Below are positions 13,104-28,718 of a DNA stretch of 64,000 bases, in pieces. This stretch comes from Octopus vulgaris (Eukaryota). Each line of letters starts with the position of its first letter. The first letter of the stretch is position 1. Position numbers and translations under genes: made by a program. The stretch lies in contig OX597822.1 of NCBI GenBank assembly GCA_951406725.2, forward strand, positions 41,416,001 through 41,480,000, given 5' to 3'. The notes under the pieces are model-generated. The model did not search any database. It saw only the letters and a list, made by a program, of their open reading frames with translations, and was not told the DNA's origin.

Positions 13104-13269
13104 AGTAATACAAGCTCGTTCATCGTAATTTCTCCTATCTTTCTATTTGCACATCTTAACTAGTAATACTTACTAACTATAGTAGTAGCTAAACCATTAT
13201 ACTAGAAGGAGACTTAATGTTGATAATCTACTTGGAAGTTTAAACTCAATAGTACCAGTCGTATCTTCG

Positions 13270-13319
13270 CGTGTGTGTATGTGCATAGGTGTATGTGCGT
13301 GTGCTCGTGTGTGTGTGTT

Positions 13320-13354
<35 letters not shown>

Positions 13355-13421
13355 CATATATATGTATGTGTATATAGATATACATATATATATGCATGCA
13401 TGTATGTATTATGCATATATG

Positions 13422-13456
<35 letters not shown>

Positions 13457-13780
13457 ATATATATATATACATTTATATATATACGTATACTTGTATACAT
13501 GCATATATGTATATATATATATATATCTATATGTATATATATGTATGTATATATATGTATATATAGACACACTTATGTCAGTTATATAATGCACATTCAT
13601 ACACCGATGCGCAAGCGCACGAATTACTGCGTAAGATATTGAACGCACTCTATATATTATGTAACATCTGTGTGCATGTGTGAGTGTGTGTGTGTGTCAG
13701 TGTATGCATGCATGCATATATATGAATGCACGTATGTATGTATGTATGTATGTGTGTGTATGTATGTATGTACGTATGTA
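13270..13780. repeat. (TG)n/(TA)n/(TATG)n compound low complexity
   Basis: Direct tandem repeats. Confidence 0.9.
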
Positions 13781-13799
13781 TCTTATCTTTTTCCTTCAT

Positions 13800-14206
13800 T
13801 TATTTTAATGCTTTATTTGTTTCAGTCATTAGACTACGGCCATGCTGGGGCACCACCTTGAGGAATTTTTAGTTGAATGAATCGACTCTAGTAATTATTT
13901 TTGAAAGCAGCCTGGTACATATTCTTTCAGTTTCCTTTTGCCGAACTGCTAAGTTACGGTGATGCAAACACACCAACACCGGTTGTCAAGCGGTGATGGT
14001 ATGGGGGATGGAACAAACGTAAACAGAAACACACGCACATATAGACAGATATACATACACATCTATATACGATAGGCTTCTTTCAGTTTTCGTCTACCAA
14101 ATCCACTCAGAAGGCTTTGGTTGGCTCGAGGACACTTGCCCAAGGAACTGAACCCGGCACCATGTGGTTGGAAAATCAAGCTACTTACCACACAGCCATG
14201 CCTGGT
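13800..14206 (-). mobile_element. SINE family A, full length
   Basis: tRNA-like head (ggctgtgtggtaagtagcttg...gggttcagttcc), cttgggcaagtg body, central CA/TA tract and family tail. Confidence 0.9.
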
Positions 14207-14666
14207 GCAAATTTATTTACTATTTCTTACGTTTTTATTTTTTTTTATTTGGTAGTTTGGCGATTTCGCTAATTAATTCACACGCATTGACTGTTCAATT
14301 CTCAGTCAACTAATTATATAATTAGTCCATTCTTTAATGAATCGATGGAACAGTTCGTTTGTTAAATTGCTTAGTCGAAAAGTACAGACTTATCGATGAC
14401 GTACCATCTACTGCTCTCTCTCTCTCTCTCTCTCCCTCTCCCTTTCTCTGTCTCTCTCTCTCCCACACTCTCTCCCTCTACTTCTCTTTCACTACACACA
14501 CGCACGCATACATACTTATCCTAAAACTCGATTTTCACTCAATGTTTTGCTGAAAGGCAAAACGATATATACATGTACTGACATTGTTTTTCAAAATTGC
14601 TCTAAAATAAACTGATAGATTCAAGGCATCAAATAAGCATTCACACACCCACACAAACATATATTG

Positions 14667-14721
<55 letters not shown>

Positions 14722-14930
14722 GTTAATCCAAACATGAAAACACAAAGAGAAAGCACAACAACGAGAGGACGTGGAACAAGTATAGTGTTATTGGACGCTC
14801 AGGAAAAGAAAGAAAGAAGATTTAACGTTTCGAGCAGAGCTCTTCGTCAGAAACATAGGAAAAGGAAAGATCCAAGGAAAGGAAGACGGAGGAAAAAAAT
14901 CGCCAGCGGTACACACGCGGTCACATTTCT
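14722..14930 (-). mobile_element. Penelope-like terminal repeat (pLTR) fragment between (TA)n tracts
   Basis: Contains a minimal hammerhead on the minus strand and is flanked by (TA)n on both sides. Confidence 0.75.
14819..14854 (-). ncRNA. Minimal type-I hammerhead ribozyme motif
   Basis: Minus strand: gttt-CTGACGA-a-gagc(tct)gctc-GAAA-cgt-TA-aatc. Intact core, 4-bp stem II, AACGTT palindrome, one mismatch in stem I. Confidence 0.75.
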
Positions 14931-15760
14931 TATATATATATATATATTTATATTTGTATATAATACACTTGCGCGCGCGCGCACACACACATACACATAC
15001 GCACATACACACATACGCACACACACAGATATTGCAAAGTCATATAACACACACACACACAGACATATATTTTGTTGTGCTTTGGGAGGGTCATTACACC
15101 AATGATAACAAACACACGCTCTGGTTGAATATCTCTTCTTTGTTGTTGGTCAATTGGTTAAATATCTAACCAACTAACTAATCAATTGTTTGTTTAATGA
15201 GATGGTTAAACGATCAATCGGTTGTTTATTAGTCGAAGTCCTTACACGACTTCTTCAATGACATGCTCTTTCTCTCTTTCTCTCTCTCTGTTCCGCGTCT
15301 GTCCGAGAATTAGTCTTATGTTTTTGTACATGTATGATTGTATGTGTGTATGTAGATGTGTGTTTGATATCAAGGGAAGATAAGGGTGAGAATAAACGAA
15401 GGGTTTGTGTGTGCATGAGTGCGGGTAAGTGGTCGTGTGTGATTGAGTCTATATACCCGCGTGACTGCTCGCATGTGCGTTTGTATGTTTGTGTGTTTTT
15501 GTGACCTCTGTGTTTTTTTGTTGTTGTTGTTGTTTTTTCATCAGCTGAGTTGCTATCGTGACCTAAGGACTTAAATTATGGGGTTTGTTGATTCATCAGA
15601 CAATTGGTAAGTTCATTGGCATCTAACACTACGTTGTTAAATTTTTAATTTCCGGCGTTTGCCGGATTAAACAAAACACAACATTAGAATATACTGAGAT
15701 TCACTTTCGTTTGTAAAACCAAGCGATTGAACTTTTTTATACAAAAGTGTGTGTGTGTGT

Positions 15761-15818
<58 letters not shown>

Positions 15819-15834
15819 TACGGTATGCATGCAC

Positions 15835-16441
15835 GGGCGCCGAAGTTGACTTTGCCTTTCAACTTTTCGGGGTCGATAGATTAAGTACCAGTGAAACACT
15901 GGGTTCGATGTAATCTACTACTGCCCCCCACCCACAAATTTCAGGCCTTTTGCCTTTAGTAGAAAGGCTTATTATTATTATTACTATAAGACAGTGAACT
16001 GGCAGAATCGTTAGCACACCGGATGAAATGCTTAGCGGCATTTCGTCCGTCCTTACGTTCTGAGTTCAAATTCCACCGAGGTCGACTTTGCCTTTCATCC
16101 TCTCTGGGTCGATAACTTAAGTACCAGTTGCGTACTGGGGTCGCAATTGACTGGGTCCCTCCCTCCACTAAAAAACAAATTTCAGGCTTTGTGCTTATAG
16201 TAGAAAGGATTGTTATTATTATCATTAAGGCGGCGAGCTGGCAGAATCATTAGCACTGCGCGCTAACCGTATTGCGTCTGCCGCTACATTCTGAGTTCAA
16301 AGTCCGCCGAAGTCAACTTTGCCTTTCATCCTTTTGAGATTGATAAATTAAGTACCAGTAAAACACTGGGGTCGATGTAATCGTTTATCCCCCTCCCCCA
16401 AATTTCAAACCTTGTGCCTATAGTAGAAAGGATTGTTGTTG

Positions 16442-16488
<47 letters not shown>

Positions 16489-16810
16489 TATAAGGCGGCG
16501 AGCTGGCAGAGTCATTAGCACGCTGGACGAAATACTTACCGGCATTTTGTCCGTCTTCATGTTCTGAGTTCAAATTCCGCCGAGGTCGACTTTGCTTTTC
16601 ATCCTATCGAGATCGATGAAATGAATACCAATTGCTCACTGTGGTCGACAGCTTACACTGTCTTTATGCTCTGAGTTCAAATTCTGCCTAGGTCTGCCTT
16701 AATCCCTTCGAGCTCGATGAAATAAATACCAGTTACGTATTGGGGCCGATCTAATCAACTTACACCCAACCCCCAAAATTTAGTGCTTGGGGCCTATAGT
16801 AGAAAGAATT
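15835..16810 (+). mobile_element. Head-to-tail cluster of about 5 SINE family B (tRNA head + Nin-domain) copies
   Basis: Repeated aaggcggcgagctggcagaa...gttctgagttcaaattccgccgaggtcgactttgcctttcatcctttcggggtcgataaattaagtaccag, separated by (TTA)n. The gcctttcatcctt...gtcgataaat...gtaccag block resembles the Nin/Deu SINE core. Confidence 0.9.
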
Positions 16811-17141
16811 GCCAATTATTGTCATCGTTGATAAATTACTTTGTTGTAGCGTGTAGACATTTTCAAATAGTACCGCCAATTTGTGGTAGCTGGCAATATG
16901 ACGCAATATCGCATTGCCGAAGAAATATGATTGTTGTTTTCCCATTGGTTGAAATAACTACTCATATAGGAATTCTGAAAATTAGTTAAAGAATATTTTT
17001 ATGTGATTTCAATTCTTTAAAGTCAAGTTGAAATAAACATATATTTCAACGTTTGAATTAATAGTTGTAACAGTGTATATAATTCGCCTCGCTACAAAGA
17101 TCCATCGAAACTAACTCAAATAGCATTATTATTGTGTCAGC

Positions 17142-17340
17142 GAAATGCGTAGCCGTATTTCGTCTGCCGTTACGTTCTGAGTTCAAATTCCGCCGAGGTC
17201 GACTTTGCCTTTCATCCTTTCGTGGTCGATAAATTAAGTACCAATTACGCACTGGGGTCGATGTAATCGACTTAATCCGTTTGTCTATCCTTGTTTGTCC
17301 CCTCTGTGTGTAGCCCCTTGTGGACAGTAAAGAAATAAGA
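17142..17340 (+). mobile_element. 5'-truncated SINE family B (long-tail form) with 14-bp TSD
   Basis: ATTATTGTGTCAGC at 17128-17141 and 17341-17354 flanks the copy. The tail ends cccttgtggacagtaaagaaataag. Confidence 0.92.
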
Positions 17341-17669
17341 ATTATTGTGTCAGCTAATTTTTCACCTCAGCAAGTCATTCTCAATACAACCGTATCCTGG
17401 AATTAATTAAAGAATATAAAACCTCAAAACTTCAAGCGGTACAAAGATTAATTCTTCTCTACTAGAAGAACTACTGATGCTCAGTTAAACTGCAGACAAC
17501 GGCATTGCCATTCTCAGTGGGCTTGTTTAGCATAATATGGCTCTTTTATACACACATACAACCATACATGTACAAAAACATAAGACTAATTCTCGGACAG
17601 ACATGGATGGTGCTGCTAAGTTGGATATAAAGTCAGGACAGGCTAGAGGCTATATAAATCTCATTATTC

Positions 17670-17745
17670 ATGTGTGTGTGTGTGTGTATGCGTGTATGTG
17701 TGCGTGCCTGCCTGCCTGCGAGCGTGCAAGTGTGTGTGTGAGTGT

Positions 17746-17820
<75 letters not shown>

Positions 17821-17928
17821 TGTGTGTCTGTGTGTGTGTGTTAATTTTCACAGAATTCAATGTGTTAAACGACGGACATTACGTCTCTGCGCAAAAAAAA
17901 ACTTTTTTTTCAAAATATCAAATACCTA

Positions 17929-17983
<55 letters not shown>

Positions 17984-18025
17984 GCACACGCACGCACACA
18001 CACACGCACACACACACACACACTC

Positions 18026-18102
<77 letters not shown>
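17670..18102. repeat. (TG)n ... (CA)n(CT)n microsatellites in opposite orientation
   Basis: Direct tandem repeats. Confidence 0.95.
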
Positions 18103-18103
<1 letters not shown>

Positions 18104-20319
18104 GTATTTGTTTTTCAATTCTTCTCTCTTTTGCGAATTCCTCATGGAAAAATACAGAGATTACGATTTCTCACAACTTTAAAAAAAATTCTCCACTTTC
18201 TCGCTTTCGGAATACACACCGCCTATTCATACCTAAATTCCCGATGTTTTTTAAATCAACCGTTATTTACGCATGCATGGGTGCATGCGTAAACCAGCAG
18301 ACAAAATCAGTGAGGCCTCAATGTGGTCGCTCAACATTCTAGAAATAACAGCCAAAGCTCTGAAAACAGCTTTTCTAAAAATTTCATTTTTAGACCCCCT
18401 CCTCGCCACCACCAAATTAGCTTCCGAAATACTGACACCTGCCTCACCCTACAGAAATAAGGAACGCATCAGCACAATTTTCCACCACCATTCCATAACT
18501 AATTTATACCGAAATCTTAAGTAAAATTCCCCACCCCCTCTTCAACGAGAAGACGAAACATAATCCCAATTTCTTCACCAGCACTAACACATCCTTTATG
18601 TTAAGACTTCAACCAAATCGACAATTCGGTGCGAATTTGTAAAATTAAAGAATCTTCATTTTTCCCAATAGATGTATTCAGAGATTTTTTATAGACTTGT
18701 CATTGATTTCTGCTCCATATTAAAAATGTTTTCTCCCGTTTGGATCATTTTCTAAGTCATCAATTATAATTCCATTCTCATCCAGGATATACGATAGCAT
18801 CGCTTTGGGTATTTTTTTCTAAGAGTGGAAAGCCGACCGCGGAGAGTTGTGAGGATTTGTATCTCAAGAATGTGAACATGATCAGATACCTTTTGCCTCA
18901 AAACTAGTCGACTCATATCAAATGTATAGTTTTCTGACTATTGTTATTTAATTTATCTACTGCTGCTTCAATAGAATTTCTTCTCCTTTGCCTCGAACTC
19001 TTCATTGGCAGTTTTATATAATTGACATTGTTCGTTAATTTACAAAATCTTTTTAAAATAATTTAAATATTTTGAAAGAAAAAAAAGGTTTTTTGTTTCA
19101 TTTTTTATACTTTTTAAGATTTGTCTCAGTAACAGTTGTTCCTGGCTGTAAAAAGAGTGAACCAGCAGGAAAGGTGCGAGTGAAAACTGATACTATTCCG
19201 AAGTAATGGAAACTGGAAAAATCAAGACAGGAAGAAGTTGAAGCTTTAAAATGTTATTAGTAAACTTGGAATTGAAACTTGGAATTGAAATAAATAAAAA
19301 AATGTTCTTTTTAGTTACATTCAATTCGTAAAGTAAAACCCCTCTCTCTGGCTTCTAATTCCTCTATAAAGAACATTCTACACGGAACGTCCTATATTTA
19401 CACTCTATAAAATAAAACATAGCAGATGATGGAAGCGGGGGTTGATGCACTCATTTACGATGGAGATGTAGCCTGTGTTTCATGTTTTCCACCTTCCTCT
19501 CATGTTTTCCCAACTTTAATTAAGCTGGCATTTTTTCATTAAGGCATAACAGAAATAATAACTCAATAGAAGTGTGGAAGTGAGAATGACTAGAATGCAT
19601 TTTTATTGACCTAGCAACAGTCCAATAGGCATTAGTATACTGTCAACTGAGAAATAATTAGAAACAAATGCTATAGTGGTTTTAGTGAGGTCTAAAGTAT
19701 CCCAATGGAAAATGAAAATTCATTCCCACTAGAGAAAAAATGATTTGAAATCTCTGTCCATGAAATTCTACAAATCAATTTTCTTGGACTCTTTGATGAC
19801 CACCAACACTCAGGACTTCTATAAGACTTAATCAACGAACTTCCCATCTCCCCAAAACACTTTATTTCATTTATCTCCATCAGATTTAACATAAACCATC
19901 GGCACAGTGTATCCTCCTCTCTGTCCTCCGGAGCAAAGCCTTTTCCATTTTGTCAACCGATGTCGTGAGATACATTTCTATATTGTGAGAGGCAAGATTC
20001 TCCGTTAAGCCTATGACTTGACATTGATTCCTAAACATAGGATAGACAATACACGACAGGGGATAGTGGAGTAAGGAAACTGGTCATTCAAATTTAACCA
20101 AAAGACCGAAAATCTGCATGACTGCATGCTGGTTTTCTCTTTCATCTTTTCCCTATTTTTCTTCGTTGAAAACCCACACGAAAGGTATATTATTTAATTC
20201 GAATTCCAAATTTAACTGCGATATATTTAAGCTTTCATTTCTAGTTCTGTACTTTCTACGTTCAATTAATTGAACGTGCCTGCAGTTTTCCTACTAACGT
20301 ATATATAAATATGCATGCA

Positions 20320-20432
<113 letters not shown>

Positions 20433-21000
20433 AAATAAGGATAAGATCGTTAATTCCAAAATAAAATAGCGATTTTATCAAATGGTCAGCATGGAAAAAA
20501 CAACCTTCATAGGTAATAATTATTAAAATTATAAATTAGGGTATCTCGTAGATACCCTGATTTACAATTTTATATATATATATGTGAGCAGAATTTAAGC
20601 CAATTGAAATATGTTTGTCACATATTTCAACTACTAAAATGCAAATACTGTCATTTCTCTACTCACCTTTTTCTCAGTTTAAGATGCTGCCAACAATTAT
20701 GGTTTCTGATCACAGCGGAACTAAAATTGCTCTACCAGACACGTTTTATCTCCTTGTCAAAAATTCTATTACTTGATTTGAATATATTTATGTAAACTAA
20801 TTTTTATCTTCTTATCACTGAAAAGAATTTTATTACCTGATCTGAATGATTTTATGTAAAATATTTTTTGATTCATCACAGAGAATACACTAAGCCTCAC
20901 ACTACTTTTGAAAATCTTTTTTAAATAGTGAAACTGGTTAAGTTAATAAATGCATTTAAAAGACACCTGCATTTTCAGATTCTTTTCCTTATATATATAC

Positions 21001-21075
<75 letters not shown>

Positions 21076-21251
21076 CATACATACATATATTCACTGGCTG
21101 TGTTTATTTTGACCATATCGCGCTTATGAGGTGATTGGCGGGCAATTTGAACTGGCCTTGTACATACATGCATATATATGTATGTATGGACGTTCGTATA
21201 TGTAAGTATAACGTGTGTTCTGTATATATATATTTGTATTTATGTGCCCAT

Positions 21252-21324
21252 CTGGTATATTCAACTGATGAAGGCAGATCTTATTTGAAGCAAAGCTAGA
21301 AATCCAGGATCTTGAATTATCCAG
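21252..21324 (+). ncRNA. Type-I hammerhead ribozyme motif (PLE terminus)
   Basis: ctgg-tat-attcaa-CTGATGA-a-ggc...gct-a-GAAA-tccagga-TC-ttgaat-tat-ccag. Stem I has 6+4 bp and stem III is near-palindromic ATCC(A)GGAT with an AUC site. The stem II base is atypical. Confidence 0.65.
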
Positions 21325-21466
21325 TAATATCTTTTTGCTAGTTTATTTTGTCTCTCTGTCTTATCTCATGATGCGATATGAACATTTAAGGTGGTTTTTA
21401 GAGTCAGGGTTTTGACTGCTATTTCGGCATGGTGGTGTCTCTCAGATACCCTTATATATATATATA

Positions 21467-21522
21467 TGGTGCTCCAGCATGGCTGCAGTCACATGAATGC
21501 AATAAGTAAAAGAATAAAAGAA
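21467..21522 (+). mobile_element. SINE family A, tail-only fragment
   Basis: ggtgctccagcatggctgcagtc...aagtaaaagaataaaagaa. Confidence 0.75.
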
Positions 21523-21558
21523 TATATCTACATATATACATATATATATATATATGTG

Positions 21559-22081
<523 letters not shown>

Positions 22082-22086
22082 TGTAT

Positions 22087-22143
<57 letters not shown>

Positions 22144-22152
22144 TACATACAG

Positions 22153-22283
<131 letters not shown>

Positions 22284-22431
22284 AAGATAGATAGATAGAT
22301 ATAGAAGCGTAGCTTCTAAGCTGAAGTGGAGACACCATGTTCTTTGTCTATATCCTTACCTTCTTAGAGGTTTTAGGTAAAATTATACTCATGTGTCCAT
22401 CTGTTTTAATTTAATTTAATTCTATGTATTT

Positions 22432-22519
22432 ATGCATCTGAGGATTACTCTGCATTTAAATTTATGTAATGATTGCGTTGTTCACTCAAATGGAGTCGCT
22501 TGAAACGATCGTACTGCAT
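22432..22519 (+). ncRNA. Type-I hammerhead motif, partly decayed (PLE terminus about 22300-22550)
   Basis: atgcat-CTGAGGA...actc/gagt...GAAA-CGATCG-TA-ctgcat. Palindromic stem III ACGATCGT; stem I atgca/tgcat with a mismatch next to the core. Confidence 0.6.
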
Positions 22520-22800
22520 TACGATCTGAATCTAAACTTTTGCCTTTATATATATATATATATATGTATATAGTTAGATACAAAGACTGGTATACACATA
22601 TACACATACAACCACGCATACATGTACACACATATATATCGAGAGAGACACGTAAATAAAATAGATTAATAAAAATATTCAAAACACACAAGCATATAGA
22701 GAGACAGACAAACAGATAGATAAATAGATAGATACATCCATCCATCCATCCATCCATCCATACATACATACATACATACATACATACATACATACATACA

Positions 22801-23038
22801 CACCTGTAATTATTGTGGCCCTGGGATGTGTAACACACTGCCTAGATACCAATCTTGAGAAATTAGGCTTCTCAACACCAGAAAGAAGAAAGCTAACTCG
22901 AAGACTACCGATACAATCCATCACTGGAACTGTAAAAATCTATAAAACTTTCCAGTTTATCATTAAAATATATATGAGCATGCCTAGATATGCAACTATA
23001 TGCATGAGAATACATACATACATACATACATACATACA

Positions 23039-23070
<32 letters not shown>

Positions 23071-23189
23071 CATACATACAAAAATACCTTGTTGTTGATG
23101 TTGATATTCCAATGAAGGAGCTTTGGATCTAGGTTAGAAACCGATTCTTTCTCTATTGGCAAGAAATCTTGAAATAAACTGAATAATGA
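22801..23189 (+). mobile_element. RLE-type (R4/NeSL-like) LINE 3' end inserted in (CATA)n, copy 1
   Basis: PVIIVALGCVTHCLDTNLEKLGF...IQSITGTVKIYKTF resembles the restriction-like endonuclease C-terminus (P-I-I-I-G-A-L-G ... Q ... GT-x-K-I). (CATA)n lies on both flanks and inside the 3' UTR. Confidence 0.8.
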
Positions 23190-23449
23190 CATACATATAA
23201 ACATATACATACATACATAAATACATACATACATACATACATACATACATACATACATACATACATACATACATACATACACATTCACAGATTGAGAGTC
23301 CTAAATATACCCAAGAGTAGCATTTTTACTGTCTGATGTTAAACATTAACTGTTACGACTCTTAGTATACATCAACATATCAATACCTATACACATACGT
23401 CGACGAACTCTGTGTGTATGTGTGTGTCTGTGTGTGTCTGTGTGTGTGA

Positions 23450-23901
23450 TTTTTACATCTTTTACTGCTTTCAACCAAAGGCTGGGATTATACTGGAGCA
23501 CCATCTTTAAGTGTACTTGGGTTTCCCTTCTGCACTGTTTTTGATGAAATAACAAGTTGGGCAGAGCCTCTTTTCTTTCAGCCTTCTGCCGCAAATGTGG
23601 GTTCATTTGGTATTTCAGTTAAAAAATGATCCTGACGCTCGCCAATAGCCGAGCATGTTTGGCAGAATTTTGAATAGTTGTGGACCCCTAAAACCGAAGC
23701 TTTTACAGTACTTGGGTCCTTATTCGTATGGCGTGGACGAGATTTTTGGTATTATGCAGTGCCGTACAGTTCGGTGGTTGGTATAACTCTCAATTTCAAA
23801 GTTGGGAACCTGCCCTTCAAGAATCTTTCATATTTATATGCCTGCATATCTCTCATGCCTTCTCTCTAGCGAGTAAGGCTTTAGTCCCTTTAGCCTCTCC
23901 C
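23450..23901 (-). mobile_element. CR1-group LINE 3' end
   Basis: Minus frames WERLKGLKPYSLERRHERYA, KILEGQVPNF, RHCIIPKI, GFRGPQLFKILP and IPNEP, followed by the tail ggtgctccagtat...agtaaaagatgtaaaa. Confidence 0.82.
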
Positions 23902-23916
23902 ATATATATGTGTGTA

Positions 23917-24620
23917 TTCATAGCGAGCGGAAACTCGGAAGTAGTAATTATATCGAAGCGAAGTGTATACCGCAGGATACTCTTCAGAGCCAAGGGTGTC
24001 ATGATCCCTTTTTTTTTTAATCAAGATATCCTTGGTCTGACAAGTAGCCCGCGGTATACACCTCGCTTGGATATTTAGCACTTCCGAGGTTCCGCTCGCT
24101 ATGAAACATTAGTAGCCCAGATTTTATCTACTTCCTTCTTTAACTGTTGTATTCTTATTCGCATACTCGGCAACCCTGGTCGCCTACCGTGAAATATAAA
24201 AAGAACTTTTTTCAGTTTATCGTACTTCGATACGAAAAGATCCACAACCTTCCGTCTTAATAATTCACTATCGTCCCTGAAAGTTGTTTTTTTATATTTA
24301 ATACGGATTGCTTGAAGCTAACCTTCTTCCTACACCTCGAAACGCAGTTGGTTAGTCCCTTGTATAAACAAGGCTAGTGTAGAAAATACAAATGAGTCGA
24401 TAATTGATCAATAAAGTTTATTAATCAAATCATCAAATACACCTCGTCCCATTTCGAGATTAGACGGAAAATTCCGATAAGATGCCATATGCGATATAAT
24501 TCCGTTCCGAAAGCAACAAATGTTGCTTATTATGCGAAAATGAGGTCTGCACCTAAATATGTTTGGATGTTCAGTGTTAATTGCCGAAAATAAAGTCCTC
24601 AATACATTGCAGAGAAAAAT
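23917..24620. mobile_element. Interspersed repeat (copy 2) with a ~90-bp inverted terminal duplication, probably PLE-derived
   Basis: 23917-24005 is the imperfect reverse complement of 24020-24105. The body is homologous to 1195-1525. The right boundary is uncertain. Confidence 0.65.
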
Positions 24621-24780
24621 AATAAATTTTATTGTTTTGGACGAATCACTTTCTAGATACACTGTGTTTCCCCTGTTGGTGCAAAGGCTCTTCAGACAAG
24701 TAATGAGTCATAACTTGCCTGAAGATCTTCTGCACCTACAGGTAAAACCACAGCGCAGCAAGAAACTGACTCAGGCAAAA

Positions 24781-24802
24781 TAATGATAATAACAATAATG
24801 AT

Positions 24803-24884
<82 letters not shown>

Positions 24885-24900
24885 GTAATAATAATAACAA
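24781..24900. repeat. (CAA)n(TAA)n microsatellite
   Basis: Direct tandem repeats. Confidence 0.95.
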
Positions 24901-25287
24901 TTTCTTTATTAACCACAAGGGTTTACATTAAGAAAAATATTATGGGCAGTACAGCCCTGGTATACATCTATATATAAATCATAAACGATGACAGACAATT
25001 TTATACGTCACCCTGAGGTTTCTTATGCTGTCTCACTTTCTCCCTCCCTCTCTCTTTCTCTCTCTCCCCCTCTCTCTCCCTCTCACTCTCTCTCTCTCTT
25101 TATCTCTCTCACTCTCCTCTCTCTCTCTCTCTTTCTATCATTCTCTTTATCACTCTCAATCTCTGTAGAGTTACATACACACACACAAACATATAAAATA
25201 TTGTGTGCAAGTATATATAAAGCATACATATGTGTATACATATACTGTATATATGGATATATATATATATATATGTATCTATATATG

Positions 25288-25326
<39 letters not shown>

Positions 25327-25344
25327 ATAATGTATGTGTTTGTA

Positions 25345-25386
<42 letters not shown>

Positions 25387-25789
25387 CCAATACATACAAC
25401 GCATATAATATATTCATATGAATTATAAATATATATATACACAAAAAAGGTGTGTGTATGCAATGTGAGTGCGTGGGGGGAGGGGCGTGTGCGTGCGTGT
25501 AATCAGCGGACGACGATATAAACAACGTCAGGGCAGGTGTTCTTCGAACAGAAACCACTGCGAGAAACTTCCTTTCTACTGACGCCATCATAAGTACAGC
25601 CACGATGTAGGACTGTCCCGGTAGAAACCTGTATGTGAATGCACACACACGCACACACACACACACACATACATACATACATACATACATACATACATAC
25701 ATACATACATACATACATACATACATACATACATACATACATACATGTGTCTGTGTGTACGTATGAAGGTATCTATAAATATATATCTA

Positions 25790-25995
25790 TATATGCTTTC
25801 GGTGCGGTTGGTTTTGTTTTACGGCGCCGAGTTTACAATCCTGTAAATAATAATAATGGTATTTTTCATATAAGCTTAAAGCTTATGGCGATCACCGTGC
25901 AATGACCAACGAAAATTGTCTAATAAAGGGGCATATAAACCCTCGACAGAAAAAAGGCTTTCTTATCCGCGTGGAAGTCGAACCCATATCCCTTT
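25790..25995 (-). mobile_element. tRNA B-box-containing interspersed repeat (copy 1; copy 2 at 42375-42566)
   Basis: Both copies share tttcatataagcttaaagcttatggcgatcaccgtgcaatgac. The minus strand starts gggttcgacttcc (B-box-like), followed by a T run. Confidence 0.7.
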
Positions 25996-26006
25996 TATTA
26001 ACTGTT

Positions 26007-26081
<75 letters not shown>

Positions 26082-26091
26082 ATATGTATGT

Positions 26092-26525
26092 ATTCTTTTG
26101 TTCTTTATTCTTTTGTTTCTTTCGGGCATTTGACTGCCACCATGCTGGAGCACCGCCTTCAGTCGAATATATCGACACCAGGACTGATACTTTTTAAGCC
26201 TAGTGCTTAATCTATCGGTCAATTTGCGGAACCGCTACTGTTACGAGGACATAGACACACCAACATCGGTTGTCAAGCGATGATGGGGGTGAGGACAAAC
26301 ACAGACACAGAAACACCCCCCCCACACACACACACACATACACACACACATATATATATACAAACACAAAACGGGCTTCTTTCAGTTTCCGTCTACCAAA
26401 TCCACTCACAAGGCTTTGGTCGACCCGAGTATGTAATAGAAGACACCTGCCCAAGGAACCATGCAGTGTGAATGAACCAAGAACCATGCAGTTAATAAGA
26501 TAGCTACTTACCACACAGCCACTCA
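26092..26525 (-). mobile_element. SINE family A, full length
   Basis: Head, body, central (CA)/(TA) tract and tail are all present. Confidence 0.9.
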
Positions 26526-26529
26526 TTAC

Positions 26530-27706
<1,177 letters not shown>

Positions 27707-28145
27707 AGGAGAAAACTAATTCGAAGACTACAGATCCACTCCATCATTGGAACTGTAAAAATCTATAAAACTTTCCAGAAGTTTATCAATTAAGTATTTA
27801 TGAGCATGCCTAGATATGCAAATATATGCAAGAGAATGCATACATAAAACATGCAAATCTGTACATATACATACATACATACATGCATACATACATACAT
27901 ACATACATACATACATACATACATACATACATACATACATACATACATACATACATACATACATACATACATACATACATACATACATACATACATACAT
28001 ACATACATACATACATACATACATACATACATACAAAAATACCCAGTTGCTGATGTTGAGATTCCAATGAAGGAACCTTGGATCTAGGTTAGAAACCGGT
28101 TCTTTCTCTATTGGCAAGAAATCTTGAAATAAAACTGAATAATGA
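27707..28145 (+). mobile_element. RLE-type LINE 3' end in (CATA)n, copy 2
   Basis: RKLIRRLQIHSIIGTVKIYKTFQKF, with a 3' UTR colinear with 22890-23189. Flanked by and containing (CATA)n. Confidence 0.8.
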
Positions 28146-28249
28146 TATACATACATACATACATAAACATACGGACAGAAAATCAATCAGACAGACAGAA
28201 AGATAAAGAGACACATAGTCATATAGGTAGATAAACAGACAGGTGGATA

Positions 28250-28718
<469 letters not shown>

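Noticed and set aside
14734-15105. Lys/Arg-rich ORF resembling an NLS or protamine-like peptide
   Set aside because: It is the antisense of a pyrimidine-rich PLE terminus containing a hammerhead, and it runs into microsatellites.
19690-20035. Protein-looking minus frame KRLCSGGQRGGYTVPMVYVKSDG...
   Set aside because: Five stops in about 60 codons and no recognisable motif. It cannot be called a pseudogene without a homology search.
25503-25628. GC-richer island with a minus-strand tacag|G acceptor
   Set aside because: No pyrimidine tract, no good donor and no recognisable peptide.
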